Below are positions 41,565 to 50,846 of a stretch of 51,763 nucleotides of DNA, piece after piece. The notes below the pieces were generated by a model. It saw nothing but the letters and a program-made list of their open reading frames with translations, was not told where the DNA came from and did no database searches. This stretch comes from a virus (taxonomy: Duplodnaviria > Heunggongvirae > Uroviricota > Caudoviricetes), in IMG/VR virus record IMGVR_UViG_3300045923_000005, positions 1-51,763 of that record; one strand, written 5' to 3'. The position numbers were made by a program, and so were the translations under genes. Position 1 is the first letter of the stretch. Each line of letters opens with the position of its first letter.

Positions 41565-41965
41565 TTCTTGTCCTTACATTTATCGAAGTGCCATCGCTTC
41601 ATACCGATGACTCCTCCACTCTTACCGCAATGTGGGCAAGTTATCTCTGGTCCTTGCGCCCGGACGATGGGCTTCTTGACTTCGATCGGTTTAGCTACAG
41701 GCGCAGCAATGACCACCGGTGTTGGTTTCAACACGGTGATCTCTGGCTTGAATGATACTGACGTGCCCTTGACTTTGGCGGACATAAGAGCCTTGCGGTA
41801 GACTTTCCAGTCGAGTGGTGCAATCTCTACACCATCAGCGACTGGATTCTCGAAAGCCACACCCCAGACTATACCGTCTGACTTGAACTCGTAACCGATA
41901 AAGTCGGTCACCTTCTTGCCCACGCTCTCAAAGAACGTGCGCAATTCGCCCAAAGAGTTCATCAA
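41561..41965 (-). CDS. hypothetical protein ending in a homing-endonuclease-type zinc knuckle
   Basis: C-terminal CPHCGKSGG...RWHFDKCK. Confidence 0.55.
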   Translation of the reverse strand: MMNSLGELRTFFESVGKKVTDFIGYEFKSDGIVWGVAFENPVADGVEIAPLDWKVYRKALMSAKVKGTSVSFKPEITVLKPTPVVIAAPVAKPIEVKKPIVRAQGPEITCPHCGKSGGVIGMKRWHFDKCKDKK

Positions 41966-42276
41966 GCAGCTTCCGTGGCCGCCGTGGTCTCTTCTGCTGC
42001 GGTTGGAACCAACTCGCGAGCTAGACGTTTGTTCTTGAAACCACGATGCTGCGCATGAGCCTCAGCAAACAACAACCGTAGTTGGCGGTCGTAGTCAGGT
42101 AGAATCTGATAGACCAGTTTCTGCTTCCCATCACCATCAAGACGAGGAGCCTTGGTGATAGGGTCAACTGCGCCGACCTGTTGACGCTTCTCATAATGAG
42201 TAGGCGTCTTCGACAACGCACACAACTTGGTTAAGTCACGTGGTAGGTCTCTGCCGAATGTAGAACGGTTAGCCAT
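41962..42276 (-). CDS. hypothetical protein (104 aa)
   Basis: ORF coupled to neighbours. Confidence 0.6.
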   Translation of the reverse strand: MANRSTFGRDLPRDLTKLCALSKTPTHYEKRQQVGAVDPITKAPRLDGDGKQKLVYQILPDYDRQLRLLFAEAHAQHRGFKNKRLARELVPTAAEETTAATEAA

Positions 42277-42277
42277 T

Positions 42278-43069
42278 TCAATCCTTCAATACTGTTGCAC
42301 ACTTTGCCAAGAATCTTTCATGTTGGCCCGCGAACCGCATCTGGAAATTGTGCCAGAATGTTTCCACTCCGGTAGGTTTCCACTCAATGTCATCAGCACT
42401 GATTGCTTTGGTAGAGTCAAGGAGGTTTCCCTCTTTGGGTGTAGGTACGCTTTCGCCGAAAGTCGTTCCTAATCCGTACCTTGGCATTCCGTCCGCAAGA
42501 GCCCAACCATTTGGTGCTTCCTGAGGAGCCGCGTCATAACGTAGTGGCATGTAGAACCGCACTGGGACGCCTGCTTTTTGCGCCAACCAAGTGTACTCCT
42601 CCGCTACATCAGACCGGCCTGTTTCTAGAGCCGATGGCTTGTTGATCGTCCAGAACTGCTCGATGCTTAGAGCCATCGCGCTGGGTGCCACAAATACGTG
42701 TTGCCCATTCTGGATGTGATTCGTTCGCTGGATATTTCCAACCAGAGTACCATTATACGCCTGTTCCACGTAAGAGTCAATTGCATCCTCATTCAAGGGG
42801 ATAGCGTCGATGTCTAGGAACATCACAACGTCGAAGTCGAACTGTTGTTTCAAATGGCGGAAGTCTTTACGAACCTGACAACCATTCCAATGCCAGCACG
42901 CATCCATGGATAGTCCATGACGAGTGTTGGTAAGCACCTGGAAGAATCCGTGTTTGCTCTTGTTGAACTTTTCAACGACAGCCTTCTGAGCCGCGAGCGC
43001 CTCGGCTGGGATGTTGTCCATATAGAATGAGAAAATACCGGCTTTTATACTCACGCAGGCTTCCTCCAA
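42278..43069 (-). CDS. GT-A fold glycosyltransferase-like protein
   Basis: VMFLDIDAIPL (DxD), PSAMA, DVAEE. Confidence 0.6.
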   Translation of the reverse strand: MEEACVSIKAGIFSFYMDNIPAEALAAQKAVVEKFNKSKHGFFQVLTNTRHGLSMDACWHWNGCQVRKDFRHLKQQFDFDVVMFLDIDAIPLNEDAIDSYVEQAYNGTLVGNIQRTNHIQNGQHVFVAPSAMALSIEQFWTINKPSALETGRSDVAEEYTWLAQKAGVPVRFYMPLRYDAAPQEAPNGWALADGMPRYGLGTTFGESVPTPKEGNLLDSTKAISADDIEWKPTGVETFWHNFQMRFAGQHERFLAKCATVLKD

Positions 43070-43701
43070 ATGAATTTCTTGTCATCTTTAGCATGAACAC
43101 CTTTGCCTGACATGATGATAGTATCAGCAACGGCGCGGCGGACATCATCATACCATAGGTCATCGATGATCATACAGGCATTCGCTTTCATGACACCAAC
43201 CCACTGCTCGATGTCGCGCTTGGCGGAGTTGTAATCATGGGAGCCATCGATGTAGACCAAGTCTGGTTTGATACCTAGACGACGGAATACCCGGTTGCCA
43301 CTGTTAGCGTCAATACGGAACGGAGTAATGCGACCGTCGGTCTTTGTATGGATACAGTTACTAAGGAACTGTTCATACAGATCGTGACGACGATACTGTT
43401 CCTTGAGCTCGGGCTGGGCCCAATGTTCTTCTGAACCACACCAAGTATCGATACAGACGATTTCAAAGTCACTGTCATGCTTGATGCGGGCATCGTGCAT
43501 AAACCGGGCAGACTTACCCAGATAGCTACCAACTTCAACTATCAGCTTGGGTTTGTCCAGGTTGATGATGTCGGTGAAATACTTGTGTTCGCTGAACCAA
43601 CCGAAATCATCCATAGGACGCTGCAAGTCTTTGTGTTCACCGGTGACCCATGAATATGGATCGTAATCTCCATACAGCTTTCTTCTTACTTCTTGCGCCA
43701 C
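43051..43701 (-). CDS. class I SAM-dependent methyltransferase (Methyltransf_24-like)
   Basis: VEVGSYLGKS, IDTW, LVYIDGSHDY, IIDD. Confidence 0.85.
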   Translation of the reverse strand: MAQEVRRKLYGDYDPYSWVTGEHKDLQRPMDDFGWFSEHKYFTDIINLDKPKLIVEVGSYLGKSARFMHDARIKHDSDFEIVCIDTWCGSEEHWAQPELKEQYRRHDLYEQFLSNCIHTKTDGRITPFRIDANSGNRVFRRLGIKPDLVYIDGSHDYNSAKRDIEQWVGVMKANACMIIDDLWYDDVRRAVADTIIMSGKGVHAKDDKKFIWRKPA

Positions 43702-44435
43702 GGAAAGTTCCCCTTATATGCTTCGGCCATTTTCTTATTACCATGAATGAAAAACCCTGGAGATACACTCAGAGCATTTCCACCCACGGCATAGTTCACG
43801 GTGTATTGACCAGTCTCTACACCAGGTACTTTGTTCTGTAATAGAACATTGATCAGGGCTCTATCTACTTCCATCACACCCGGCTCACGAGCCTTACGAT
43901 ACCAGACAGGTGTTAGTTGGACGGCCAACCCTTTGGATAGGAAATAGCAATTGACGTCAACCAGAAAATCGTTCACGTCCATAACGGTGTGATGTCTACC
44001 CAGACTCTCACAGTCATCATTACAGAGGAAGTTGCCTTGTTGATCTACAATCTTACGGAGAGAGTATGCCCAGGCAGCGCCACTTTCTTTGATGGCGGCC
44101 AGGCATTCTTGAATATGGTTGGTGTCGATGAAATTGTCATCGTCTAGATACATCACGTAGTCAGTATCAACCAGAAAGGTCCCGGCTGCATACATCCTAT
44201 GCCCATTCCAGCGATCCTTGCCTACAGCATAGGGTAACTGTACTACATCCACATAGGAAGGGAACTCATAATAGGCAAACAGATTCCTAGCCATCGAATA
44301 GGCTTCCGGTCCATCTGGAATGATCAGGTGTTTGACCTGACAAACCTCTGGACCAGTCTGATCAGCAACTGACTGAACACATTTTAACAGTGAAGCACGT
44401 CCTGTGGTGGACGTGATCACCGTCACTGATGACAT
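43686..44435 (-). CDS. GT2-family glycosyltransferase
   Basis: VTVITST...LLKCVQSV, VMYLDDDN, VDVNCY. Confidence 0.85.
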   Translation of the reverse strand: MSSVTVITSTTGRASLLKCVQSVADQTGPEVCQVKHLIIPDGPEAYSMARNLFAYYEFPSYVDVVQLPYAVGKDRWNGHRMYAAGTFLVDTDYVMYLDDDNFIDTNHIQECLAAIKESGAAWAYSLRKIVDQQGNFLCNDDCESLGRHHTVMDVNDFLVDVNCYFLSKGLAVQLTPVWYRKAREPGVMEVDRALINVLLQNKVPGVETGQYTVNYAVGGNALSVSPGFFIHGNKKMAEAYKGNFPWRKK

Positions 44436-44542
44436 TAAGACTTGCCCTTGATACTACGCTGATGCGCGGCCCAGCGCTTATTGCGCTTCTTAGAACCACG
44501 CTTTGCGCGACCTCGACCAGTCCTACCTATACCTTTGCTCAT
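44435..44542 (-). CDS. very basic 35-aa peptide
   Basis: MSKGIGRTGRGRAKRGSKKRNKRWAAHQRSIKGKS; GAGGT RBS; TAATG coupling. Confidence 0.65.
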   Translation of the reverse strand: MSKGIGRTGRGRAKRGSKKRNKRWAAHQRSIKGKS

Positions 44543-44556
44543 AATATACCTCTTTC

Positions 44557-44778
44557 TTACTTGACTTCAGCGTCGCCCATTGCGAATGGCGCAATTCCAC
44601 CACCACCATAGACAACGTTGTCTTCCTTGAACTCATATAGAGACCACGTCAACTTGCCGGGTTGCTCTACCTGTTCCTTCTTGAACTGATTGTAACCAGC
44701 AATCGTGCGCTCGGCAACACCGGCCATAGAGCCAGAATTATCTAGGACGACTGTGATGTGTGTATAACCTTTCTTCAT
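44557..44778 (-). pseudogene. truncated vWA-domain gene
   Basis: VVLDNSGSM MIDAS motif but only 73 aa. Confidence 0.55.
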
Positions 44779-45611
44779 TACTTTACCTCAAAACTAAAAC
44801 TTGGATTGAACTCCGGATTCTCCGGAGGGACATGTTCATAACGAGTATACCCGCGAGGGTTACACATAACACGGCACTCACCAATCATGTAATCAAATCC
44901 CGTGTGTGTATGACCATGTACCCAATTTTTAATTTGAGTATGGTCTAGGATCCAACGATCCAATTCGCTGCTGTAAGCATAATTCATCCAGTCGCCTTGG
45001 TAGCGAGGATGGATGCTCTGATAACTAGGGCAATGGTGACCCATTACCAAGAATTCGTTGCTTGGCCAGATTTTCAATTCGCTGGCGAGCGCGGTCAACG
45101 CCCACTCATGCTGATTCACAGACTCTTCTGGAGTATAACGAGGATTCATCCCGGTCTTTGGATCCTTGCGATGACGGATCTGACCGGCGAAGTCGTTCAT
45201 TCCCATTCTGGCTGCATTCAAAGCCATTGGATTCATCTTGGCCATATCCGTCCAAAGAGTTGCACCGAATAGACGAGTTGTCGGAGTCAAAGGCACAGAT
45301 GTACCATTCAACAACGTGATGTTGATATCCTTGGTGAACTCTGCCAGAATGTCGAACGTGTCTTCGAAGATGCCATGGTAGTGTTCATGGTTGCCCATGA
45401 TGTAATAGACACCCTTATACTTTGCTACGACGTCATCAAAGAACTTCTTGGTACGGTCCTGAAGCCGGAGACCTTCCTTGTCAGTACGACCCTGACGTAG
45501 AGCCGCCGCTGGAATGATGTCGCCAGACAATAGGAGAATAGCCTCCGCATCCCCAGGGAGGGTGATGGGACAAAATTCAAGATGGAGATCGCTAACCAGG
45601 ATTACTTTCAT
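44778..45611 (-). CDS. calcineurin-like metallophosphoesterase
   Basis: SDLH, SGDI, GNHE, GHHCP, HGHTH. Confidence 0.9.
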   Translation of the reverse strand: MKVILVSDLHLEFCPITLPGDAEAILLLSGDIIPAAALRQGRTDKEGLRLQDRTKKFFDDVVAKYKGVYYIMGNHEHYHGIFEDTFDILAEFTKDINITLLNGTSVPLTPTTRLFGATLWTDMAKMNPMALNAARMGMNDFAGQIRHRKDPKTGMNPRYTPEESVNQHEWALTALASELKIWPSNEFLVMGHHCPSYQSIHPRYQGDWMNYAYSSELDRWILDHTQIKNWVHGHTHTGFDYMIGECRVMCNPRGYTRYEHVPPENPEFNPSFSFEVK

Positions 45612-45813
45612 GATATTTCTTTTTGCGTGCTTCAATATTCTCTAAGACTTCGCGCTGCTCACCTTCACTCAATGTACCACTGTGCCAGTCAGATATTTCT
45701 TTGAGGGTCATGAAGCAACCACGGCAAAAGCCTAGACTGCTGCTAACTCCACAGCGACGAACACAAGGGTCTTTGATGGGTGGGACAGGTTTGTCCCAAA
45801 CGTCTTCAAGCAT
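45592..45813 (-). CDS. DUF1289-like Cys-rich protein
   Basis: PCVRRC...CRGCFMTLKEISDW. Confidence 0.7.
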   Translation of the reverse strand: MLEDVWDKPVPPIKDPCVRRCGVSSSLGFCRGCFMTLKEISDWHSGTLSEGEQREVLENIEARKKKYHESNPG

Positions 45814-46312
45814 CTAATTCAACTAACTCCACACCACAGTCACGCGCATATTGACGCACCTTATCAAATGCAGCACCCCAGCGGACTAGCTGATCTTCGG
45901 TGGCCTTTGGCGCCACGAATCGGGTGATACCCTTCTGAACCATTTGCACGAAGCAACGATCGCACGGCATGAATGGTGTAGTATATAGCGTGTATCCTAC
46001 AAGTGACTGGTCTCGGCAGAAAGACACTGCGTTGATCTCACCGTGCACAACCCGACTGTACTTCTCTTCACGGTTCTCATACCACTCCGGCCGATCTTCC
46101 ATCTTCTGAGGGAAGCCATTGAAGCCCACCGAAGCGACGCTCCAGTCTGGACGAACAACCACGGCACCCACCTTGGTGCTTGGGTCTTTGCTGGCGGTAG
46201 CCATGTAGCGGCACAGGCCGATGTAGAACACGTCCCACTTACGCTGAGTGTCCTCGTAAGTCTTGATGTGATTTTCTGTTCCGATAAATCCAGATATTGC
46301 GCTTCCGCTCAT
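45806..46312 (-). CDS. cd: dCMP deaminase
   Basis: SKDPSTKVGA, GFNG, HGEINA, PCDRC. Confidence 0.9.
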   Translation of the reverse strand: MSGSAISGFIGTENHIKTYEDTQRKWDVFYIGLCRYMATASKDPSTKVGAVVVRPDWSVASVGFNGFPQKMEDRPEWYENREEKYSRVVHGEINAVSFCRDQSLVGYTLYTTPFMPCDRCFVQMVQKGITRFVAPKATEDQLVRWGAAFDKVRQYARDCGVELVELDA

Positions 46313-46313
46313 T

Positions 46314-46895
46314 TTAGTCCCACAAGTTGCTGTAATACTTACCAAACAACCGGAAACCATTCTTCATACGGTTCCAGTGCTTGTCCCTTCCAATGCGGTC
46401 GATCTTGTAGGTGTCGTTTGGACCTTTGACCATGCGCCAGCTTACGGCACCCTCTGGTTCTTTACGTTTGTCTGATAATTTGACCGGCTTACCGATCTCC
46501 TTACCATCCTTGTCCATAGGAATAAACCTATGATCACTCTTACCGGAAGAAAACTCCATCTCCCAGTCAGTGTTGACTTGACTGAATGCCCAGATCATTT
46601 CGTCCAGGATCCAATTCCATCGTTCGAAGAACTTAGGATCAGTCTCACCCTTCTCTTTGTAGATCTCTACCTGTTTGGGTGTTGGGCGGAGGTTCTTTGG
46701 TGAGTCCTCGACGTCCGTATCTGGCGCACCATGGGTCGTCTTCTTCAGCTGCTTGAGCATAGGAACTATGATCATGGCGAGCGTAGAATCCATTGACCAG
46801 GTGTCCCATTTATCAATGCGGACGCTGATCTTGCGCTTCAATTGTGTCTTGGTGCGCTTGTTGTAGTTCCGGTATGGTCCAATAATTACACGCAT
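46314..46895 (-). CDS. conserved T4-like hypothetical protein
   Basis: RIDKWDTWSMD...LDEMIWAF...YSNLWD pattern (recall). Confidence 0.7.
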   Translation of the reverse strand: MRVIIGPYRNYNKRTKTQLKRKISVRIDKWDTWSMDSTLAMIIVPMLKQLKKTTHGAPDTDVEDSPKNLRPTPKQVEIYKEKGETDPKFFERWNWILDEMIWAFSQVNTDWEMEFSSGKSDHRFIPMDKDGKEIGKPVKLSDKRKEPEGAVSWRMVKGPNDTYKIDRIGRDKHWNRMKNGFRLFGKYYSNLWD

Positions 46896-47278
46896 AATAT
46901 ACTCTTACAATTATTGAAATGCCATCTAAACATAGCAGATTTACCACCCGATTTGTCACAGTTAGGACACGTGACTACCGGTTTGGGTCTACCTCTATTT
47001 GATGCGCCAATCTTAGCTCTAGTTTCTTTAGTTTGATGTTTTGGTCCATGAACCCAACCTTTTCGATTCATTGACCATTTTAATTTCGTTTCTTCTGTGA
47101 TTACTTGTTTTGCTCTGGCCTTTCTGATAAGTTCAAGTGATTCTGGAGTATGTTTCTTACCCTGAAATCCGTTGATCTTTCTATGATTCTGTGATGTGGG
47201 TTTAGAGTCATTAGAAGATACAACATCCATCTCTGGACGCCATTCCAAACCTAATGCCTCTGCTAATCCTCTACTCAC
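46886..47278 (-). CDS. NUMOD3-repeat protein, homing endonuclease remnant
   Basis: GKKHTPES, TEETK, TKETRAKI repeats and CPNC...RWHFNNCK; no nuclease motif. Confidence 0.65.
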   Translation of the reverse strand: MSRGLAEALGLEWRPEMDVVSSNDSKPTSQNHRKINGFQGKKHTPESLELIRKARAKQVITEETKLKWSMNRKGWVHGPKHQTKETRAKIGASNRGRPKPVVTCPNCDKSGGKSAMFRWHFNNCKSILCV

Positions 47279-47760
47279 ATTTGGCCTGCTATCTTGTAAT
47301 GGTCATTTACACTGACCTTGGACTTGCGTGCAAGGTAATCTTCCCAGTATTCCCACTGACCAAATTCGTTGATAAAACCCCAATCACGTGAGGTCTTACC
47401 GCGTATAAACAATGTCCAGGTCTTTCCTGACTCGGGGATCTCTACCCAATGAGTCACATTACGACCGAACCGGATGCTACCTGGACCGCGCCAGACCTTC
47501 TTATCACCGGGTAGATGCTCCCAGTATCCACCCTTCAAAATCAGAGTAAAGTACCACCATGGATGTGTATGAAGAACAGGGTCGTCGCTTTGTATGAACT
47601 GATGGATCAGAACGTTGAAGGGAATATCTTTCCGTTCACGCTGAACCGAATCAGGGAACAACGCATAGTACCGAACCAAGTAAGGTTTCAATCCGTCACG
47701 ATCCATTATGATCGACTTACGTCCGGCTTTCTCGAGCCGATCCAACAACCACTGAAACAT
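47275..47760 (-). CDS. cupin-like protein
   Basis: LHTHPWWYFTLILKGGYWEH...HWVEI. Confidence 0.7.
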   Translation of the reverse strand: MFQWLLDRLEKAGRKSIIMDRDGLKPYLVRYYALFPDSVQRERKDIPFNVLIHQFIQSDDPVLHTHPWWYFTLILKGGYWEHLPGDKKVWRGPGSIRFGRNVTHWVEIPESGKTWTLFIRGKTSRDWGFINEFGQWEYWEDYLARKSKVSVNDHYKIAGQM

Positions 47761-47914
47761 CAATCCTCCAGTAATACCTTCAACAACGCAATTTCGTCGA
47801 GCATGTGTTGCCACAAGTCAACGTCCCGGTCATTATCCTTCAGACAAACACCAAGCGCTCGCTCAGCTGTTCGTCGTAGATTCTCAACCGTTTCTTTCGC
47901 TGCTGGTAGATCCA

Positions 47915-48142
47915 TTATTCCTTGACTATGCTGAAGTCTTCTCGCTTGGCAACAATGATGTGACCACGACGGTTCAACACTTGGATGTAGAACGTGTCTG
48001 GATCATTGTGCGGAATACCTATAACACGACCGGTCGTTCCCGCGCTCAACTCTGCTGTATAGGCTGCTGCGTGGAATGGAGAATTTGGATATTCTTTGGT
48101 CGCGTTCAGGGATACTAGACAACCCAACTTTACTTGGAACAT
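47915..48142 (-). CDS. hypothetical protein (75 aa)
   Basis: ORF; ATG 6 nt after TATAAT. Confidence 0.6.
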   Translation of the reverse strand: MFQVKLGCLVSLNATKEYPNSPFHAAAYTAELSAGTTGRVIGIPHNDPDTFYIQVLNRRGHIIVAKREDFSIVKE

Positions 48143-48148
48143 GCTTCT

Positions 48149-48177
48149 ATTATACTCTGTTTTACTGTAAGAGTTTA
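48149..48177 (-). promoter_or_regulatory. promoter TAAACT-17-TATAAT (leaderless)
   Basis: Direct reading. Confidence 0.6.
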
Positions 48178-48181
48178 GCCC

Positions 48182-49645
48182 TTAGAGGGAGCGGCATTCT
48201 TGGGTGTATTCTTCGTCTTTCTTGACGTAATCGGGCAACAGTTGCATTACCCGATGCTGTGTACAGATGGTATTCTTTAGATCCTTGAAGACCTGGAGAA
48301 GATTCTCATCACTCAATTGGCTGAGCTCGTCGGTGATGTCGAAGTAATGATCAACCAACTCAACAGCCTTGTGGATCGGGTTGTGGATCGCCCAAACCAA
48401 TTTCTTGTCTAGCTCTGGTTCAACAAAGGTAGCAATTGGAAAACCATTCTTGATCTCTAGTTTATCTAGCCGACCGTGATCACCGCAGTTGAAGATTTCC
48501 AACAGAATGTTGCTTGGGCCCACTTCACTGTTAGTAGTCAGCGAACTGAACGTAGAAGGAAGGACCGGCTTCGTAGCACTGTAGTGATACTGATCGCTGT
48601 GGATGACAACGAGAACTTCGTGGCGCGCGTATCCGGCATTAGCAAGCTTCTCCCAGGTGCGCCCAGTGCTGCTGATATCAACGAACAGACTAAACCGAGG
48701 AGCCTGAGTCTTGAGATAGAAGCTCGCACTCTCTGGATTCTCCAAGGCCACCTTCCGTGAGAATGGTAGATAGTAAGAATTGCGGAAGTAGGTGTTGAAG
48801 ATACGATACATCAATTGACAGTCGCGCCCAAGGAATGTAACTGGCTGTGTATTGAAAGTATTGAGTGAGACCTTGCGCTGAATCATCTCACATACAACGA
48901 ACAACCAGGGAAGGTTGAGTTGTGTGGCGATAGTCTGAGCAGCCGCGTAGACTGCCTGGTCGCTGCTCTGGGTGATCTCATGAATCAATCGACCCAATGT
49001 TGGCAACTTTCTGTCTTTCAGATACACTTCGATATCGGTGATCTTAGCGTGCCGGTTATAATGTATAGCCTTGAAACCATGTTGGACGGCGCGATTAAAA
49101 TCAGAAGTTGCATTATCACCGATGTGGTATTCCGGTTCGATACCAGCATCCTTCAGACCTTTCCAAAAAGCACCAGAAGCTTTGTCTCCACCAGACTGAT
49201 AGATCGTTACTTGCTTGGTAAGACCGCAGGCACGTACCATGGCGAGAATATATGGACCAGGGATGTACATATCAGATACAAGGATGTCGCCATCCTCTAC
49301 CTTATCCATGTTCTCTTTGATTGGATAAAGGTTGCGCGTCTCTAGGCCGATCTCATCTTCCATCAACCGCTGTGGAGTGGCTTTGATAGTATAGTTTGGG
49401 ATCTGGCCTTGCTCTTCCATGTGCTGGTAGATTTCAAGGAGGTCGCGCTGACCGTTGTCGGCAGCCTTACGGTTGCGGACAAAGTCGTCACCCATTTCCA
49501 TACATTCAAGGAGGGTATCGGTGGGCAGACGGCGCGCCACCAAAGTATCAAATACGTCAAAGCTGCGAATGTTCCTTCTCCCGATCAGTCCATACACGTT
49601 TGTTTGTGATGGAATCAATATACCACGTTCTACCTTTATGTACAC
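48182..49645 (-). CDS. HAD-superfamily hydrolase fused to an uncharacterised domain
   Basis: SFDVFDTL, LVSDMY, HIGDN..SD; start uncertain. Confidence 0.75.
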   Translation of the reverse strand: MYIKVERGILIPSQTNVYGLIGRRNIRSFDVFDTLVARRLPTDTLLECMEMGDDFVRNRKAADNGQRDLLEIYQHMEEQGQIPNYTIKATPQRLMEDEIGLETRNLYPIKENMDKVEDGDILVSDMYIPGPYILAMVRACGLTKQVTIYQSGGDKASGAFWKGLKDAGIEPEYHIGDNATSDFNRAVQHGFKAIHYNRHAKITDIEVYLKDRKLPTLGRLIHEITQSSDQAVYAAAQTIATQLNLPWLFVVCEMIQRKVSLNTFNTQPVTFLGRDCQLMYRIFNTYFRNSYYLPFSRKVALENPESASFYLKTQAPRFSLFVDISSTGRTWEKLANAGYARHEVLVVIHSDQYHYSATKPVLPSTFSSLTTNSEVGPSNILLEIFNCGDHGRLDKLEIKNGFPIATFVEPELDKKLVWAIHNPIHKAVELVDHYFDITDELSQLSDENLLQVFKDLKNTICTQHRVMQLLPDYVKKDEEYTQECRSL

Positions 49646-49678
49646 CCAACATATTAGGCTTGGGTTTGCCTCTTGTCC

Positions 49679-50092
49679 TTAAGGCTTTTTCTTGTTTCCG
49701 ATGCTGTACTTTGCTACCAACTGCCACTCGTTCTTGTTTTTGAAAGAGATGATTTTGATCTGGCTTAGAGGAGCCATCACCAATGCTGGTTCGGCGTTGA
49801 CACACTTCAATAGTTCCCATTGCTCAAGTAGCTTGGCGATGGTATTGCGGCGCTGGTAGTCGTTGTCTGTGATGCTTGAAGGCTTGCCGTCCAGAGCGAA
49901 GAGCTCTTTGAAGTGGACGATGGCATAATGCCCCTGCTTGTGGAGGATGTGAGCAGACTGATAGAGGATGTTCTCGTTCTTAGCAGCAACACCGATGCGA
50001 GTCAAAGACTCACGGATAATGTTGAAGCTGTCGGGTTTGGTAAGAGTTACTTCGACTCCTACACCCTTAAATACGTCACTCATGTTATACAC
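49679..50092 (-). CDS. regA: translational repressor RegA
   Basis: RESLTRIG...LYQSAHILHKQG.Y.IVHFKELFALDGK. Confidence 0.95.
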   Translation of the reverse strand: MYNMSDVFKGVGVEVTLTKPDSFNIIRESLTRIGVAAKNENILYQSAHILHKQGHYAIVHFKELFALDGKPSSITDNDYQRRNTIAKLLEQWELLKCVNAEPALVMAPLSQIKIISFKNKNEWQLVAKYSIGNKKKP

Positions 50093-50567
50093 CCACTGTA
50101 GTTTGTTCTCTAATGATCTTGAGTTGATCCTCAGTGAGTATATTTAGGGAAGTCTTAGCCTTGGCATCAGAGTAGCCGAAGTACAGTTTGACGGCTGCTA
50201 AGTCGTCCTCTTTGATTGGCTTGATCCATTTGGCCCAACCACGGCGCTTAGCCCGGATTCCATGATAATAGAAATCGTACTGCAACCGTTCATCCAACTG
50301 ATGAGCCATGTTCATCTCGTTGGATAGGTACAATGTATCATCGTGATAAGATAGCATACGATTCACTAGGAATGCGTTGTACTCTTTCTCACGTTCTAGG
50401 ATGTATTTCTTGCGCTCAAGAATAGACGGTAGGATGTCTTTGAAGACATCCAACTTGGTCATCTTCAAATCTACTTCTTCGTCTTGTAATTTTTGAGCGG
50501 CGACGATTTGGTCAAAACGCTCTTCATCGATCTTCTCATCGATGGCGTCTAGGAGGTTGTTCAACAT
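50085..50567 (-). CDS. gp62: clamp loader small subunit (gp62)
   Basis: YNAFLVNRMLS...QYDFY...YFGYSDAKA; synteny. Confidence 0.88.
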   Translation of the reverse strand: MLNNLLDAIDEKIDEERFDQIVAAQKLQDEEVDLKMTKLDVFKDILPSILERKKYILEREKEYNAFLVNRMLSYHDDTLYLSNEMNMAHQLDERLQYDFYYHGIRAKRRGWAKWIKPIKEDDLAAVKLYFGYSDAKAKTSLNILTEDQLKIIREQTTVGV

Positions 50568-50576
50568 AAGACCTCC

Positions 50577-50846
50577 TTATGAACGGAGTTTGGTATCGTA
50601 GATGATCAGTTCGATCTTCTCGCGGATAACGTTGATGCCGGCTTGACGGAGTGCCGTAGCTGTATCACGCAACTTGTCCTGCATCCGGATCAGATCGCGT
50701 TCATGTGTAGTCAAATAGAAATATGTGGCTTCACCCAGAGTAATATCTCTGGCGATCTGACTCGTCTTCCATCCTCTGTTCATCGCGATGAGCTCGCATG
50801 CCAAGGCATCTTTGATATCACAGGTAATGTGGCTTTCGTACAACAT
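50577..50846 (-). CDS. hypothetical protein (89 aa)
   Basis: ORF inserted between genes 44 and 62. Confidence 0.6.
   Translation of the reverse strand: MLYESHITCDIKDALACELIAMNRGWKTSQIARDITLGEATYFYLTTHERDLIRMQDKLRDTATALRQAGINVIREKIELIIYDTKLRS

Noticed and set aside
49557-49820. ORF overlapping regA and the HAD gene
   Set aside because: Most of it overlaps regA out of frame; only the tail (KGRTWYIDSITNKRVW) looks like a possible endonuclease DNA-binding remnant, too weak to call
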